This document shows positions 13,386 through 27,000 of a DNA stretch of 64,000 bases, piece by piece (position 1 is the stretch's first letter; each line of letters opens with the position of its first letter). This DNA comes from Nymphaea colorata (taxonomy: Eukaryota). The DNA is taken from contig NC_045138.2 in NCBI RefSeq assembly GCF_008831285.2, positions 40,424,001 through 40,488,000 on the forward strand. The letters are read 5' to 3'. Both the position numbers and the translations under genes were made by a program. Under the pieces are notes generated by a model. That model saw only the letters and a program-made list of their open reading frames with translations. It was not told the DNA's origin and ran no database searches.

Positions 13386-13975
13386 CTTCCAAAAACCAAA
13401 CCAATATGAAGAATGATTATCTGTTTTGGAGTTTCCTTTAACCATTTCTTTGGAGCGCGGTTCTTGCTTATAGTCTTCATTGATTTTATGTAACGGACAA
13501 GTGGATATTGGTTAATCGGTCTTGAATAAGATTTCTATTCAGATCATATAACAAATAAAATACCGGCTGTAAATTAATAATCCTTGGATGTAATCCGAGT
13601 AAAATGTCAGTAAGAACAGATCCCCATTCTAAGGCCCACAAAGAACCGGCTGTAAATTAAAGGACGCATAACCAAATGTTTTAAGGCCCACAAAGAAGAC
13701 TGAAAAGAATTTGCTGATCCTATTAGACCTGCAAGGCAGCAAGACTTTTAATCACAATACTAAGATCCCCATTCTACTGAAACTCAGATTTTATAAAGTT
13801 TCAATACAATAAGAAAAATCCTCATCCTCTCAACAACAGAAACAGAATGTGAGTCACTGTATCATATTCCTGATCTGACCATAAATTTGGACAAATCTCT
13901 TTCAAAACATTATTCTGAAAACATAAATGTCATGTCAAAAGAGAAAATGGTAGAGGTGTCATTTGTCATGATCTG

Positions 13976-14440
13976 TTAGACCGCTCCTCCTGTTCTTGGT
14001 CCTAAACCTACAAAAAAGTGAGGGACGGAAAAAGCATAATATGTCACAGTCAAAGACAAAACATTAAATTTAATCTCTTCTCAAGAGATAAGCTTAGAAA
14101 GTATGTTCAACTTTATTATGTCAAAATTATTAATTTATTAGTCAGAAAAAGAATGAATTCCAAGTAATGCACAAAAGGTATCTGCAATTTTCATGATTTG
14201 CGTTTTATGATTCACAATTATATTAATCTTGTCACATGAAAGCTTTTACAAGTTTTCAAGATTGGGTATGTTATGTATTCAAAGGTCCTAAAAAGTCTAT
14301 GGAGACAACCAAGAAGAGCAAAAAATAAAGCAACCAAAAACCACAGACCGCAAGCCTCACCCTCAATCAGGCCAACGTTGATTGCAGGAGGATTGTTTCT
14401 GTTGTCAAGGTACCATCCATCTTAACTATCAAAGGGAACT
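13976..14440 (-). pseudogene. Possible two-exon 3' fragment of an unidentified gene
   Basis: Minus strand exon ~14438-14361 ends at a G|GTGAGG donor. Acceptor ttttttgtag| precedes exon 14007-13976. The spliced frame reads PFDS*DGWYLDNRNNPPAINVGLIEGLGPRTGGAV*, with one in-frame stop. Protein not recognised. Confidence 0.4.
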
Positions 14441-15304
14441 AGGAAGCAGTTACAGTTCCATCCACATAAATAACAACTTTGCTCCTAGATGAAGCACATT
14501 TTCCCGTCAATGGTGCAACGCCCTAAGGAAAGAATTTTCATTTCCCGTTCGCTCCTAATTCTGTATTCACGACTACGAACTGCAAAGCCACGATGGTGGT
14601 TCACTTCTTAGCATTCATTCTGATACTACGCTCGAGCTTCACTTGATGCTTTTTGAACCACTTACCCACATTTATCGCTTTCCTCGCGAAAAAACAGAAC
14701 TGTATCCAATAAATTCCCAGACCAAAAATCCCCAATTTGGGAAACAACTTCGGATAAGAAAAACTGTCAAACCCAATAACCGAATCAATCCAGAAATCAA
14801 ATTTGAAACACTAAATGAACAACACTAGTAAGCATAGACATCCTGAACGCCATATCTCATCTCAAAGACAACCAAAACTGGAAAGGAATTTGTTCAACGA
14901 TTGAAGAGAAAAGAAACAACCGAGTGACCTGTCAGAGGAGACACAAATCGATGGCACCAGCATTAGAATAATCACTACAAAAAATTAATATGGAGAAACA
15001 CAAATTTAAACCAGTGGCACAAGAGGAAAATGGATAAAGCCCCTCATCGATGCTCTAACAATCAAGTTGAAACCAACTGCATGCGACTAGAAAATGCTGC
15101 TGTTGAGGTCAGGAAAAACCTACCAGATTATAACAAAAAACAGGCAGGTTTTTTGACATCCTTCAAACCTGCCTCCTTTTGAACTTGCAGATATTATGAC
15201 TTAGACAGAATAGACAATAGATCATCCGAGCAGAAACAAAATGTACAACACAAATTCTTCTTTCACCATAAGACAATACACATGTTAATCCGTTAATAAC
15301 CAGA

Positions 15305-15335
<31 letters not shown>

Positions 15336-15778
15336 TACTACCCATTGTCCAGAACACATCATCTGGATGCATGCGGATCAGGTCGACTGTGCTTCACCAT
15401 TACTTTTTGAGGCGTTGGTTTTTTTAATTGATGCGTTGTGATGCGCACCATACACACATTTAACAACATTCGTAGACACTATACCTAATTTGTGGGTGAT
15501 GATTTCACTGCTTCTAGTGAAAATTTTCATGGTTGGTTTGGACAACAGAATCTCCGCCATTTGGTGACCGCAATTTTCGAATCCCTACATATCCAGTTGC
15601 GATGCAAACCTGCCGGGAGTTGGCTCCCATCCTTTATTCAAAAGCAAAACCCACCACTTTCAAATGAAAAACAGAAAAAGAAATAATAAAAAAAAAGAAA
15701 ATGAAAAAAGAAAATGTGAGGATGCAAGTGAATAAACTCAAGGAAAAACTACAAAACGGCGCCTCCCTTTTAAAGTAG

Positions 15779-16547
15779 GTTGTTCTTAAGCCTTGGCTGT
15801 AATTCTTGAATCAGTATTTGTATATTTAAAACAAGAATTCGCAGTCATTTGCAAATTTACCCACCCAAAACATGATACATGTAAATTCAAAAAGTATGAA
15901 AATTGTTTTAAAAGACACTCACCATGAAGACAATCTCCTTGTCAATCGATGCCTCGTTGGTGGCTGTTAGGATGAGGGGGTGGAGTCAAGAATCTTTTTA
16001 TTTAATTTTTTTTATATTAAAAAATATTTTTTAATAAATTTTTACATACGATGAATGAATTTTGGATTTGGATTCAGGTCCAAATCCTTTTGCAGTTACC
16101 GGGTCCAACTAAATGGTTCCAGTTTGTGCTCGACAATCGGATCAACAGACCCATTTACTTCCCTGGTTTCAGGACATATTATGGTTGAACATAATTTGTC
16201 CCACAATCGGATTATGATGTCCTATTTATTGAGCTTCTCCTATTATAGGCTACAATCTTCTTCTTTTTTTTCTCTCTCTCTCTCTCTCTCTTTCAAAATC
16301 AAAACCAGAACTACAATCTTCTTCTTTTTTTTCTCTCTCTCTCTCTCTCTCTCTCTTTCACAAAATCAAAACCAGAACTTAATCGAAAGTGTTCAGGAGT
16401 TAATGCAGACGAAATGTAGACATAATACATGCACATGAATTGCATAAAGATGATAAAATAATAAATATGGAGATTGCAATGTGTAGGTTTTGCATGAATA
16501 GTTTGATGATCGATTATTGATTATTTGCAATGAATTGGGTTTGGATT
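15779..16547 (-). repeat. Inverted, internally deleted copy of 9710-10693
   Basis: 16060-16547 is the reverse complement of ~9710-10130, and the ORF track gives similar translations (MVQHNLPHNRIMM / MVEHNLSHNRIMM). 15779-15990 is the reverse complement of ~10480-10693. Confidence 0.85.
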
Positions 16548-18908
16548 CATGCACGAGTGATTAGAGGAAGAGGGATATTTTCTACATTTCAAAATATAGG
16601 ATATGGAAAAGCATAGAGTGTCAACTAAGGCTACGCAATTGCTGCGCTCATTTCCCAAAGCTTGAATTGAAAGACCACCGTTACTAACCCGTCCATAGCT
16701 TTTACGTTTCCAACGAATGCAGAGAATCTTCGAGTACTACATGCTAAACAAAGAGAGATAAAGAAAATAGCAATGTGATTGCGATAATTAATAAGAATAC
16801 CAAGGGTCTCATGCTCGATACTTGTGACAAAGAAATTCAAAAAAATGATCCTTAAGAAAGAAAAAAAATACAGAAAAACAAACACAAGTTTTGATGGAAC
16901 AATAAAAACATAATTAATTTCTTTTTTTTTATATATACCCTAAATTTCAATGAATTGAAACTAACTTAAAGATATTGTTGTTATATCACCGAAGATTTGA
17001 GTATATATACTTTCTCTAAAAGGGTGGACGCATACAAGAAAGGAAATCCACGAAAGCATTCAGGTTTAGGAGTCTGCCGTAATGAATTTGTGGGTTGCCG
17101 TCAGCAAAATTTTACAATGATCTGCTCATCCATAAAATATATAACAAATCTAGGTATGACAGCTTAAGGGGGAGATTTCGCTATCGCAGATGCTTTCGGC
17201 TGGTCTTCGACCCTTTTTGGGAGTAAAAGGCGGACTTCTGAGCATTGGCATGATCTTAATTTCGTTGGGTGATCAGAAGGATGGGCATATCGAACAGCTT
17301 ATTCTGCATTGAATGTTTCAATAAAGACAAGTTGTTGGAAACAACAGAAAGTAGTTGCTGTTCTACAGGTCAGGATCTCTCTTTCTCACATGACTAAGGC
17401 GATCTTCTTCCTTCCGCACTGAATACTAAAAAAAGGAATTGCTAATAGAAAAAACAATATTTCTGATCTGATTTTAGATTTTTTTGTTCTTTCAAAAACC
17501 AAACCAATACGGTGAATGATTTCCGTTTTGGAGTTTCCTTTAACCATTTCTTTGGAGAGGGGTTCTTGATTATAGATGTGATTGATTTTACCTAACTGGC
17601 AAGTGGATATTGCTTAATCGGTCTTGAGTTAGATTTCTATTCAGATCATACATAAAATAAAACACCCACTGCAATTTATTAATCCTTAGATGTAATCCAA
17701 GTAAAATGTCCGTAAAAGAACTGATATTCAAGAATTTATTTGGTAAGAAGTCTTATACTGACTTGGCTTTCGATCACTAGGCGGATTTAAACTTTTAAGG
17801 AATCCAACTACATATTCAGATTTGGGTTGTGGATAAAATATTAGATTACAACAGAACTATTGACATCCCTAGGTTTTTCCTTCTTCTCGAACACACTGTC
17901 GCTTGTTTCCACCGTGCTGGTTTTTATTTTTAATGGCTGCTATCAATCGTTACGTATATTTGCAACCAATTACCTCTCAAATCTGACAGCTAGATGCCCG
18001 GAGCTTGATCAACAGGGTACGTGGTAGGATGATACTTCCATGGAACGGGTACCCATATTGCTCCTATATAATATGGAAAGTAGAATTTTCTTGCAATTTT
18101 CATTTTCAATTGCGCATTGATAGAATTTGTATATTATTTTTATTTAAATCGCACACATGTAGTACCTGAAGTAACAGTTCATATACCTAGTGTAGGTTGT
18201 GTCCAATAACCTGCACTAGGTGAGATGGGAGACGTCGTTGTCGTGCTTGTAGCCGCTCTCTTCTTAAACAAGGTGAGAGCTTGGAGGTGAAGGCCTTTTC
18301 AAAGAGTCACGTACCATTTGAAAGATGGGGAAGAAGTACTTGTTATTAATTAAGCACACAGGACGAGGATGATATCATTGTATCAATAGCTAATAGGGCA
18401 AAGTAGGCCAACAAAATAAGATAACATGCCAAGAGGGAAAAAGCTTATAACACCAACACAACATGCCAAGAACCTGGAAGCATAATATGTATAATTTTCA
18501 ATGTAGTTTTAAACCAATTAATAATGCTGAATATGATGGTTCTTATATCATGGTTCTTAGAACAAGAACCCTGTATTTTCAGTCCACAGGATGATTTAAG
18601 AATAAGTGTTCCAAAACCACAATATTCATCTTATCAAACGCCCTCTTGAAGTTGCACTTCACAGGCCATTCACTGAAAGGGAGAAAAAAGATTGACAACA
18701 TTGAGACTGAAAAATCAAACACCAACCCAGTTGCCAGTCCTACAAACACAAGTAACTAACGACTGGCTTATTGTACAGAACCATGCACCTTATCAACAAG
18801 TAAATAGGGGAGGACAAGGAGACAAACACTCACTTGCCTATATTATTACATATATGGCAAAACATGTTCCTTATTCGATGAAATGCTGTTGGAGGAGGTA
18901 GGTAGGGC

Positions 18909-21305
18909 CTAAGAGAAGTCGATGGGGTAGACAGGAGCCATGTTGGGATAGAAGAGGCCAAAGTGATTCTCAGTGCCCTGTGGAGTCTTCTGGTTCTCAT
19001 TGAACAGGGCAAAAATGTACGTCTCGATGGGCGTCCCTGACCTCTTGGGCGTCCCTTGTGCCACATGCCTCACCAGGTTCTGGTTGTAGGTACGGGCGTT
19101 CTCGATGGTCGAGAAGCCATCGTTCTCCCCACCGGACGGCCAGCCGCTTTCCGAAACCACGATGCGGACTTGGCCGGCACCATACCTTTCCAAGGCGGAG
19201 TAGACGGAGTCGACCATGGCGTCGAACAGGTTCCTGTACCTCAGTTGCCCGTCGTACACCACGTCAGAGTTGGCGGTGAAGAGGGCGTAGGGAAGGTTCT
19301 GTCGCATGTCCTTGTAGGCGAAGTAGGGATAGACGTTCAGCATGAGAGGCGCGCCGGTGTCGACGATGAACTTGACGACGGGACGCATGAAGGGACCGGC
19401 TCTGTCGGAAAAGGAACCGGCTGAGGGAGGGTAGGATGTGCCCATCACCGCCATGTGGACGGCGGTGGTCACCATGATCTTGCCCTGCAAACCCACCGAG
19501 CATATCACGTCGTACACGTGCCCCATGGCCGGACCGACGTATTGGGCATGCACTTCAGCAGCGGTGCCGAAGACTTCGTTGCCGACGGTGATGTACCGGA
19601 AGTCAACCTCCGGGAGGTAGGCCTGGATGTGCTGCCCGACCCATCCGTAGGCGAAGCCGAGATCCTCGGCGAGCCTTTTCAGGTCGCCGTTATTCACGCC
19701 CACGTTGACTTGGATGCCTGTATTCCTCAGAGCATTGAGGACGCCGGCGTCCGGATCATACAGCCTCACCTTTCTAATGCCCCGGGACTGGATCAGTCTG
19801 ATTGCGTCTTGTGGGGATGGCAGATCGTTGCCCACCAACCCGTAGCAAACTCCAACATGCTCGTTTCCTGCAATTTCATAGACAGACCATTAGATTGTTC
19901 TACAAGTCTGATCGATTGCATATTACACAGTGTCTTTCTTGTCAAATTAAATGCAAGGATATTGTAAACTTCATAGCAGAAGATATAAAAATAATTCATA
20001 ATATGCATAGAGGGGCTTGAAATCCTTCAGCCCTCTTGAGCTCCCCGTTGATACATTGCGTCGGACGAATACGATTAAACACTTATGTCATATTGACTCC
20101 TCAACAAAACTAGTCAATCTATATATTTATATAGATTGATTAGACTTTTTCAAGAGTCAATATGACATAAATGTGTGTAGGACCCCATTAGTTGGACTTT
20201 TTGTTTCTAATAAAACTAATCATACAGATGTGATCTTTACATCGCAAAAATATTGAAGAACAATTAAAAGTTCTATATAAAATGAGTTTCAAAAGTTCAA
20301 ACACCCCAGACCATTAATTCATGAACTTTTAAAAAATTTTATGCACACATTACGAAAAAACCATGAACGGACTTGTAATGCTTTTCATACCAGGTGGGTT
20401 ACATCCATACAGTATATTCGGTTTACTTAAAAGTCTATAAAATTATAAATGTTTGTCAATGGTTGGACTTGTAAAACGTCGAATTGTAATGCGTGCCCAT
20501 CTTCTGAGAGAGAGAGAGAGAGAGAGAGAGCGCCCTCCACTATTTTTTCTTGTCTTTTTGGCTCTCAACAGCTGTTTCTACCTTCTTCACAATTTAGCCA
20601 TATAGATAAATGCAAAATTTTGATATTTATGTGATTATAAAATAGCTTGAAAATTAGATGTATAAATATAGTAGATCTTATAAGGTTTTCAAAAATTGAC
20701 ATTATAAGTTATAAAATTCAAGTAACACGAGAAAATTTCATGATTTAATTTTGGACTCATATATTTTAACACAGATGATTTTATATCCATCTATATAATT
20801 ATATTCCAGAAAAATGACATAAAAGATTGACAAACAAGTATATGAACTATATCTGTGGAGGCATAATCGGAGAATGGCATATACATACACACACCAATAA
20901 TGGCATTTACCAAATAAATATAATACTCTATACTTAGTATTCACCGCAGAAAAGGATAAAGCTGTTAAAGATAGATTGATAGAAGATCCAAGAAAAGAAA
21001 GCAATAACTGGTACCATAGCAGTTATAATGTAATGTTTCTGAAGGAAATTAACGGCTTTACTAACATATAAATCAAACTGCATATATGCTGATAAAAATA
21101 TCACGAAATTGGAAAAAAGTCTTTTAGGAGAAGAAAGCATCTAAGCAAAGAACATCCTATATTAATCCAAAACCCATGCAATTTGAAATTAAACGATCGA
21201 TAAGAATAAGAAAAAGCAGAAGAAGAGATTTTCATTTCTAAATGTGATATTTCGACTAAAGAATACAAGAAAAACAAGGAATTTCTTCGATATCGAACCC
21301 ATGAA

Positions 21306-21352
<47 letters not shown>

Positions 21353-21368
21353 CGTTGGTACCAGCCAT
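18909..21368 (-). CDS. Glucan endo-1,3-beta-glucosidase (GH17, PR-2-like); exons 21368-21362 and 19867-18909, ~321 aa, no signal peptide or C-terminal extension
   Basis: Exon 2 is a complete GH17 domain: VGVCYG.VGNDLP, acid/base motif YITVGNE, NVYPYF, nucleophile motif VVSESGWPS, IETYIFALFNENQK, ENHFGLF. Acceptor ttgcag at 19873-19868, phase 1. Predicted exon 1 is ATG GCT G|GTACC, phase-compatible, giving MAGNEHVGVCYG. Exon 2 is certain; exon 1 is a prediction. Confidence 0.9.
20079..20176. repeat. ~98-bp fold-back hairpin inside the glucanase intron
   Basis: acacttatgtcatattgactc pairs with gagtcaatatgacataaatgt. ctagtcaatctatata pairs with tatatagattgattag. Very small loop. Confidence 0.8.
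21308..21350. repeat. (GA)n microsatellite at the 5' end of the glucanase intron
   Basis: Direct reading. Confidence 0.95.
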
Positions 21369-21415
21369 CGTTGCTGCTGTTCTTACATACCCTCAAGCAA
21401 ACGAGGGATGCTTGC

Positions 21416-21422
21416 TTATATA
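21416..21422 (-). promoter_or_regulatory. TATA box of the glucanase gene
   Basis: Minus strand ctcTATATAAgc about 48 nt upstream of the predicted ATG at 21368. Confidence 0.65.
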
Positions 21423-21691
21423 GAGATCGTATGAATGACCGGTCGAGTGTTTGAAGTAGTCATACTGAGGCTGCGGCATCATTTAATTTCCTGGATGACC
21501 AAACTCGTACATATTATATTCAATTCTTTGAGAAGGTCGAGTTTTAAAATGCCATGGACGCGGCCATAGCCGCCCCCCATATATGCTTGCTCTGCCCAAT
21601 CATATTTCCATGTCATGGTCTATCACTCTTTCTAATTAGGCTAAGCGCCTTTTGGATCCGCCAAACCCATACATGTTGGTCATTTTCTCTG

Positions 21692-21938
<247 letters not shown>

Positions 21939-22829
21939 ATGTTGAATGTGGATGATGGGAAAGATACAGTTTGGTGGGTGGTATTCATTGTGTTTAATTT
22001 TATTTATGCAGTTGGATTGATAGAGAGGCAAGTAAAGGAGTCGTATTGCATTTGGATCCGCAAGTTGAAGAACTGAATATTTGTTAATTTGGTCATAAAA
22101 AATAAGTAGTACCCCCGCCCAAGACTGATTCAAGGACCCCAAGAAATTATATATGTTTACCATATACTTTAGGGATACTCCTATATTAGGGATGCGGATG
22201 GATCACCATTAACCTCCGGCCAAATTAGACGAGTTTGGTAGAGAAAACAAGAACCACTTCCTGATCATATTCAAGTTTGGTGTGCAAGTACACTCGGTCT
22301 GAACAAGAGAGCGGACTTGTTTTTTGGTTTATCTATTCATTTAGAAGATGTTTGATGACCTTGAGTTTTGATCCTAAAATTAAAATTCTAGAAACAAATG
22401 CCACTTCAAACTGGAGTTGCAGTGAAAATTTGAGTTCCAGTTTCTCTTTGTGTTTGATGGTCCAAAATTTTGATTCCAACATTGAAAATGATGTGTTTGA
22501 TAAAACAAGAATTACAGTCATAGAATTGATGAATGAAAACTATCATGACATGTGTCATAAAGAGAGATGAAAAATTTACAAAATTTTGGAATCATAGGGT
22601 AGAATCACAATTTTGAAATTTTGATTCGACAAGGAGCATATAATTCCGGAATCAAAATTGTGATAACATAATTTCCACTTCATAAAAATTGAGAATTTTA
22701 CATCTAAAATTTCACAGTTCCTGCCTCATCAAGCACCCCTATAATCAAGGGTCAGCTCCAGAAAATCACGAATCTTTGCAGGTCTCAGATCGCGGTAATC
22801 AAACACAACCTAAATGAAAAGTGTTTTTC

Positions 22830-22866
<37 letters not shown>

Positions 22867-23695
22867 GCGGGATATGGCTTCACCCCTGCAATACAAATCT
22901 TACTTTCTGAATGCAATTAAATTTTGGGTTGATGTTTTATTGTTCCTTTTGTCAAAGGAACCCTTAACATAGTCTCTACTATTATATGCCTCCTCGATGA
23001 CGTGAATAATGCACAGTTCAGGTAACAGTTTTTCAGAAAGTGACTTTTTTCAGATATGATGATCGGACTTCCAGTCTCATGCCTTATCTTTGGCTATTAA
23101 TCCACCAAAAAATGAAATCTTGATTTTGATCTCAAATAATATTTGCCACTCGATTTCCAGACCTTTATGAACATGACCATGTGGCCTTGACTTTCAACCA
23201 TCCAATAACGGGAGGAGTTGCTGCTGACTTTTCTAAGTAAAGCCGTCCATTAATTAGTCATTATACAGAGGAGACAAGAAACACAGTTGTACCATATGAC
23301 TTTTTTTTTCTAAACAAAATTGACAAATGTAACGAAGCCACATTTTCCTGGAAGATCAGTATTTGCTGTTGATGCAACTCTGTGCAAATCACATTGTGGA
23401 GAGTCGGATCAATGGCAAATCGATTCGATTCGATTTTATTTTACTTTTTTGTCAGATTTAATTATTTCAGATTTGACTTGACATACATATACGATGAGAA
23501 TTGAAGCTAGGAGCTAATTTTAATTTACTATAGACGACGACCTGTCATTTAATATGCTTTGGCTTAATGGAAAACTAAATTAAAGGCGCTGTTTGGTAAA
23601 ACTTCATACGATCAAATATATTTGGATCCTCTGGTCGACGAGGTCGATCGGCTTCAGTATGAGATGTGATTTCCTTCTTTAATCACATTCTTCTG

Positions 23696-24034
23696 TCATA
23701 CGCCAAAAATCACTAGATGGGGAGTCGTTTCTGATGGCTTTCAGATCTCAAATGGCGTTTATGTTACGATGTATATGAAAGATGGATCCATTCGCTCACC
23801 AAAAATGACTTAATGGAGAAGATAAGCAGTTTGTGATGGCTTTATATAGGGGGTGTTTGACCCCACAGCTTCTTCAATACCAAATAATTTATCACAAACT
23901 GCTTCTCTTCTCTATTAAGTCATTTCTGGAGACCGAATGGATCCATTATATATATATATATGGTAATATAAACCCCGTTCTACGTCTGTAAGCCATCAGA
24001 AACGACTCCCCACGTAGTCATTTTTGGTGCATGA
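23696..24034. mobile_element. Fold-back element (MITE-like) with ~140-bp inverted arms
   Basis: ggggagtcgtttctgatggctt pairs with aagccatcagaaacgactcccc; atggatccattcg pairs with cgaatggatccat; aagcagtttgtgat pairs with atcacaaactgctt. No TSD confidently seen. Confidence 0.7.
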
Positions 24035-27000
24035 TCTCTCTCTCTCTCACTCACTCTCTCTCTCTCCATATATATATATATATATATTCTCCGGTGGGTA
24101 GCTACGGTTGGGCTGTAGGATGACGTTATTTAATTTTGCGTAGAAGGATGAACATGGTATCCTATTTAATTTCAATTTTTTTCGACCAAACTTCATTTAG
24201 CGTGTCTGACTTGCTATTTTGCCTCTCTCAACTGCATTTACGGTCTCCGCTACTGCAAGCTGTAGTGTTGTTGTCATTGCCAGGTCATTCTGAGTTGTAT
24301 TGGTACTTGAATTTCTCAAACTGAATTCAGAGACGGAGGAGTAAGATCCCAATCCATAACACAATGTCCTGTCCGATTTGGCTGAAATTTGAATAATAGG
24401 ATCTGTTTGTATAAGCACTGTTTGATTTTTTTTTTTCATTTACACCTTTTTATTAATTTATAAAAAACAATTAAGAAGAGAAAGACCAATTTGTCTCTCC
24501 TTCCAAAAGTCCTCAAGGTCGCTATATATTGGCAACCCCACCAGCATGTTAATTTCATCCATCAATTATTTCAACCAGCGGCGAAGGCAGAACAGAAACA
24601 TATTTTTATTTTTATTTTTAGGTTTTTTTTTAAGTTTGAGACTATATTTTTATATTTAGTTTCAATTTATACAAAAAATATACATAATTTAATATTTTTT
24701 TATATAATTTAGTTTACAAAATCATTTTTACCTTTTAAGTTTTTATTTTTCATATTTTTTAAATATAATATATATTTCAAAAATTTTGAGTTGATGGCTA
24801 TGCATCACACCGCCACATTGCGCATTGCCTCGATCAATGCACAAGTGATGGTTAGATGCAAGTGATATGTACCAACGGCGCTGACATACTGTAGAGAAGA
24901 ATGAAGCCAACGGTGGTGGTTAAGTAGTAATTAGATATATACTGACGGCTAAGGATTGCTGGGGTACACATTTGTCGAAGCTTGCGCTTGTGACGCAGAT
25001 CAATTCTAACGCGTGAGGAGGACATAAAAAATGACAAACTAACACTGACGGCACCGGAAGAACATCAGTAATAACAAAACAAACAGGCGAGTCAGAAGAA
25101 GGTCCATAATATTTGGACAAAGAATGGCGGGCTTGGGAGGAAATGTTAAAAATAGTAAAATTGAGAAACAACGACGGTTCCGGAGATTCGTCAATGATAA
25201 TTAAATTAATATTGACGCTTTACTTTTCTGCAGTACATCATCCACGTTTCCTAATGTATTATCAACATGTTGTCACTCACGTCAATACAATCATACTTTT
25301 ACTGACGCTGTACGTTTTAACTGCCAGTAAACGGTCGAGTTCTTTGTAGTGCATTCTCAACCCCTAAGGCCCTAACAAGTAACAAATGGGTCAAAAATTT
25401 CAAAAGCAATTTCAAGACCGAAAGTATGATATTGACGTCAGGCTTGATATATGAGACAACTGAGGCAGTGGCAATCGATGGTTCCCTCTTTTCCAGTAGT
25501 GGACATTGTGGCCAACTTCCTTTCGGATCCTCTGTTAGGAGGAAATGAAAAGTCGCCTTTTGAAGATTCAAAATGAAATGGTCCAATGACACATTGATTC
25601 TAGTCGTGTTTTCATATTCATATCAATGTTAACCCTCTTATTTTTTCATTGACAGTTTTTTTATAAACTTTTTCAAACATTTTACAAAGTTTGGATTTAT
25701 TTAAATTACCCCACCTGCAGTTCATCTGTTTCCCTTTTTTTGTTTTGGAACACTGGCACAGGCTCATAGCTAGTAAGCAGCTGGTTACTAATTCGATAAG
25801 CATGAGCATCAAGGACCTTTGGTCACCAGAGTTTGAGAAACGTGAACATCAAATACCTCCACCCTTTCGTTAATGAAAAGGAAGCAAAGAGTAGACCTTG
25901 GAGGCAAGACAAAGGGCTGGAGGGAAACTTTGGCTCTTATTGAAGCGGTAAGAACAACACAAAGGAATCAGTATATACACCACACAAAACTGAGATCAGG
26001 ATTAACAAGGCAGCATGCATGTGTAATTTTGTTTCAAGGTTAATTTTTGTTTTATTAATAAAAATGGTAAAATTTTTCAAGTTCTACTTTTACATCCATA
26101 GTAGGTGGTGTCGAGACATTTTGGTCATTTTTCGTCCATAACATATAATCTACATGTAATTTTGTGCTCTTTTTCCATGTTGTCCACTTTGGGAGAAAGA
26201 AAGGTACCAATATAAATTTTATTCAACTTTATTGAGTGTAGAACCTGAGTTAAAGAAGGCCCATGACAAATATGGATTAATGCAAGAGTACACAGCATGG
26301 TGGGACAACTGTAATCTCTGGCATCAACAACATTTGTCAAACAGATCTAAGCAGGAAATAAGAGACCTCAATGTTAGCATCTCAACACTTAACATAACAG
26401 GGGAAAACTATGCAACATGGAGACGTGCCATGCATGCTTATGAGCAAAAAACAAGGCTTGTTTCATTAATGGTAGCTTTAAAGAGCCTGATGTAACGTCT
26501 TCAAAATTTGCTTACTGGAGAAGGTGCTACCGTGTGGTCTTTCGTGGATCATAAAGCTCAAACTGGACGAGTCTACCTAGTTGTTTGGTACTGTTCATCG
26601 ATCTTCCTGTGGATAGTTCTTGGATTGTGCATGGTTCTTAATAATAATTGGGGCCTGCCTTTATTCTAAAAATTCCTAGTTTTTTTTTTAATCCTTAGGA
26701 ATTCCAAAGCTTGTGTGTGTATATTTATTATTCAACTGTTCATCATATCTGTGTATATTTATTGGTTTAGTACAAAGAAATGTTTTATATTCATTATTTA
26801 TATTAGCTTCTTTGAACTACCAACAATTCTATTCATTGATGATGTTTAGTTACATTTAAATTAATTGTTTTCATTCATATCAAAAGCAATCCGGTTACAA
26901 TTTTTGAGTGAATTCCAGAAAATTAAATTGCAAGAAAATTAAATTAATATGTACACAAAGTTAATTAGCGATTCTTGCATGTTATCTTGTAGAAGAAAAA

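Noticed and set aside
19056..19967. Plus-strand ORFs of 122 and 170 aa
   Set aside because: Antisense shadows of the GC-rich glucanase exon.
22345..22740. Possible Tourist/Harbinger MITE (tgtttgatga ... tcatcaagcacc)
   Set aside because: TIR match is short and degenerate with no clear TSD; not supportable.
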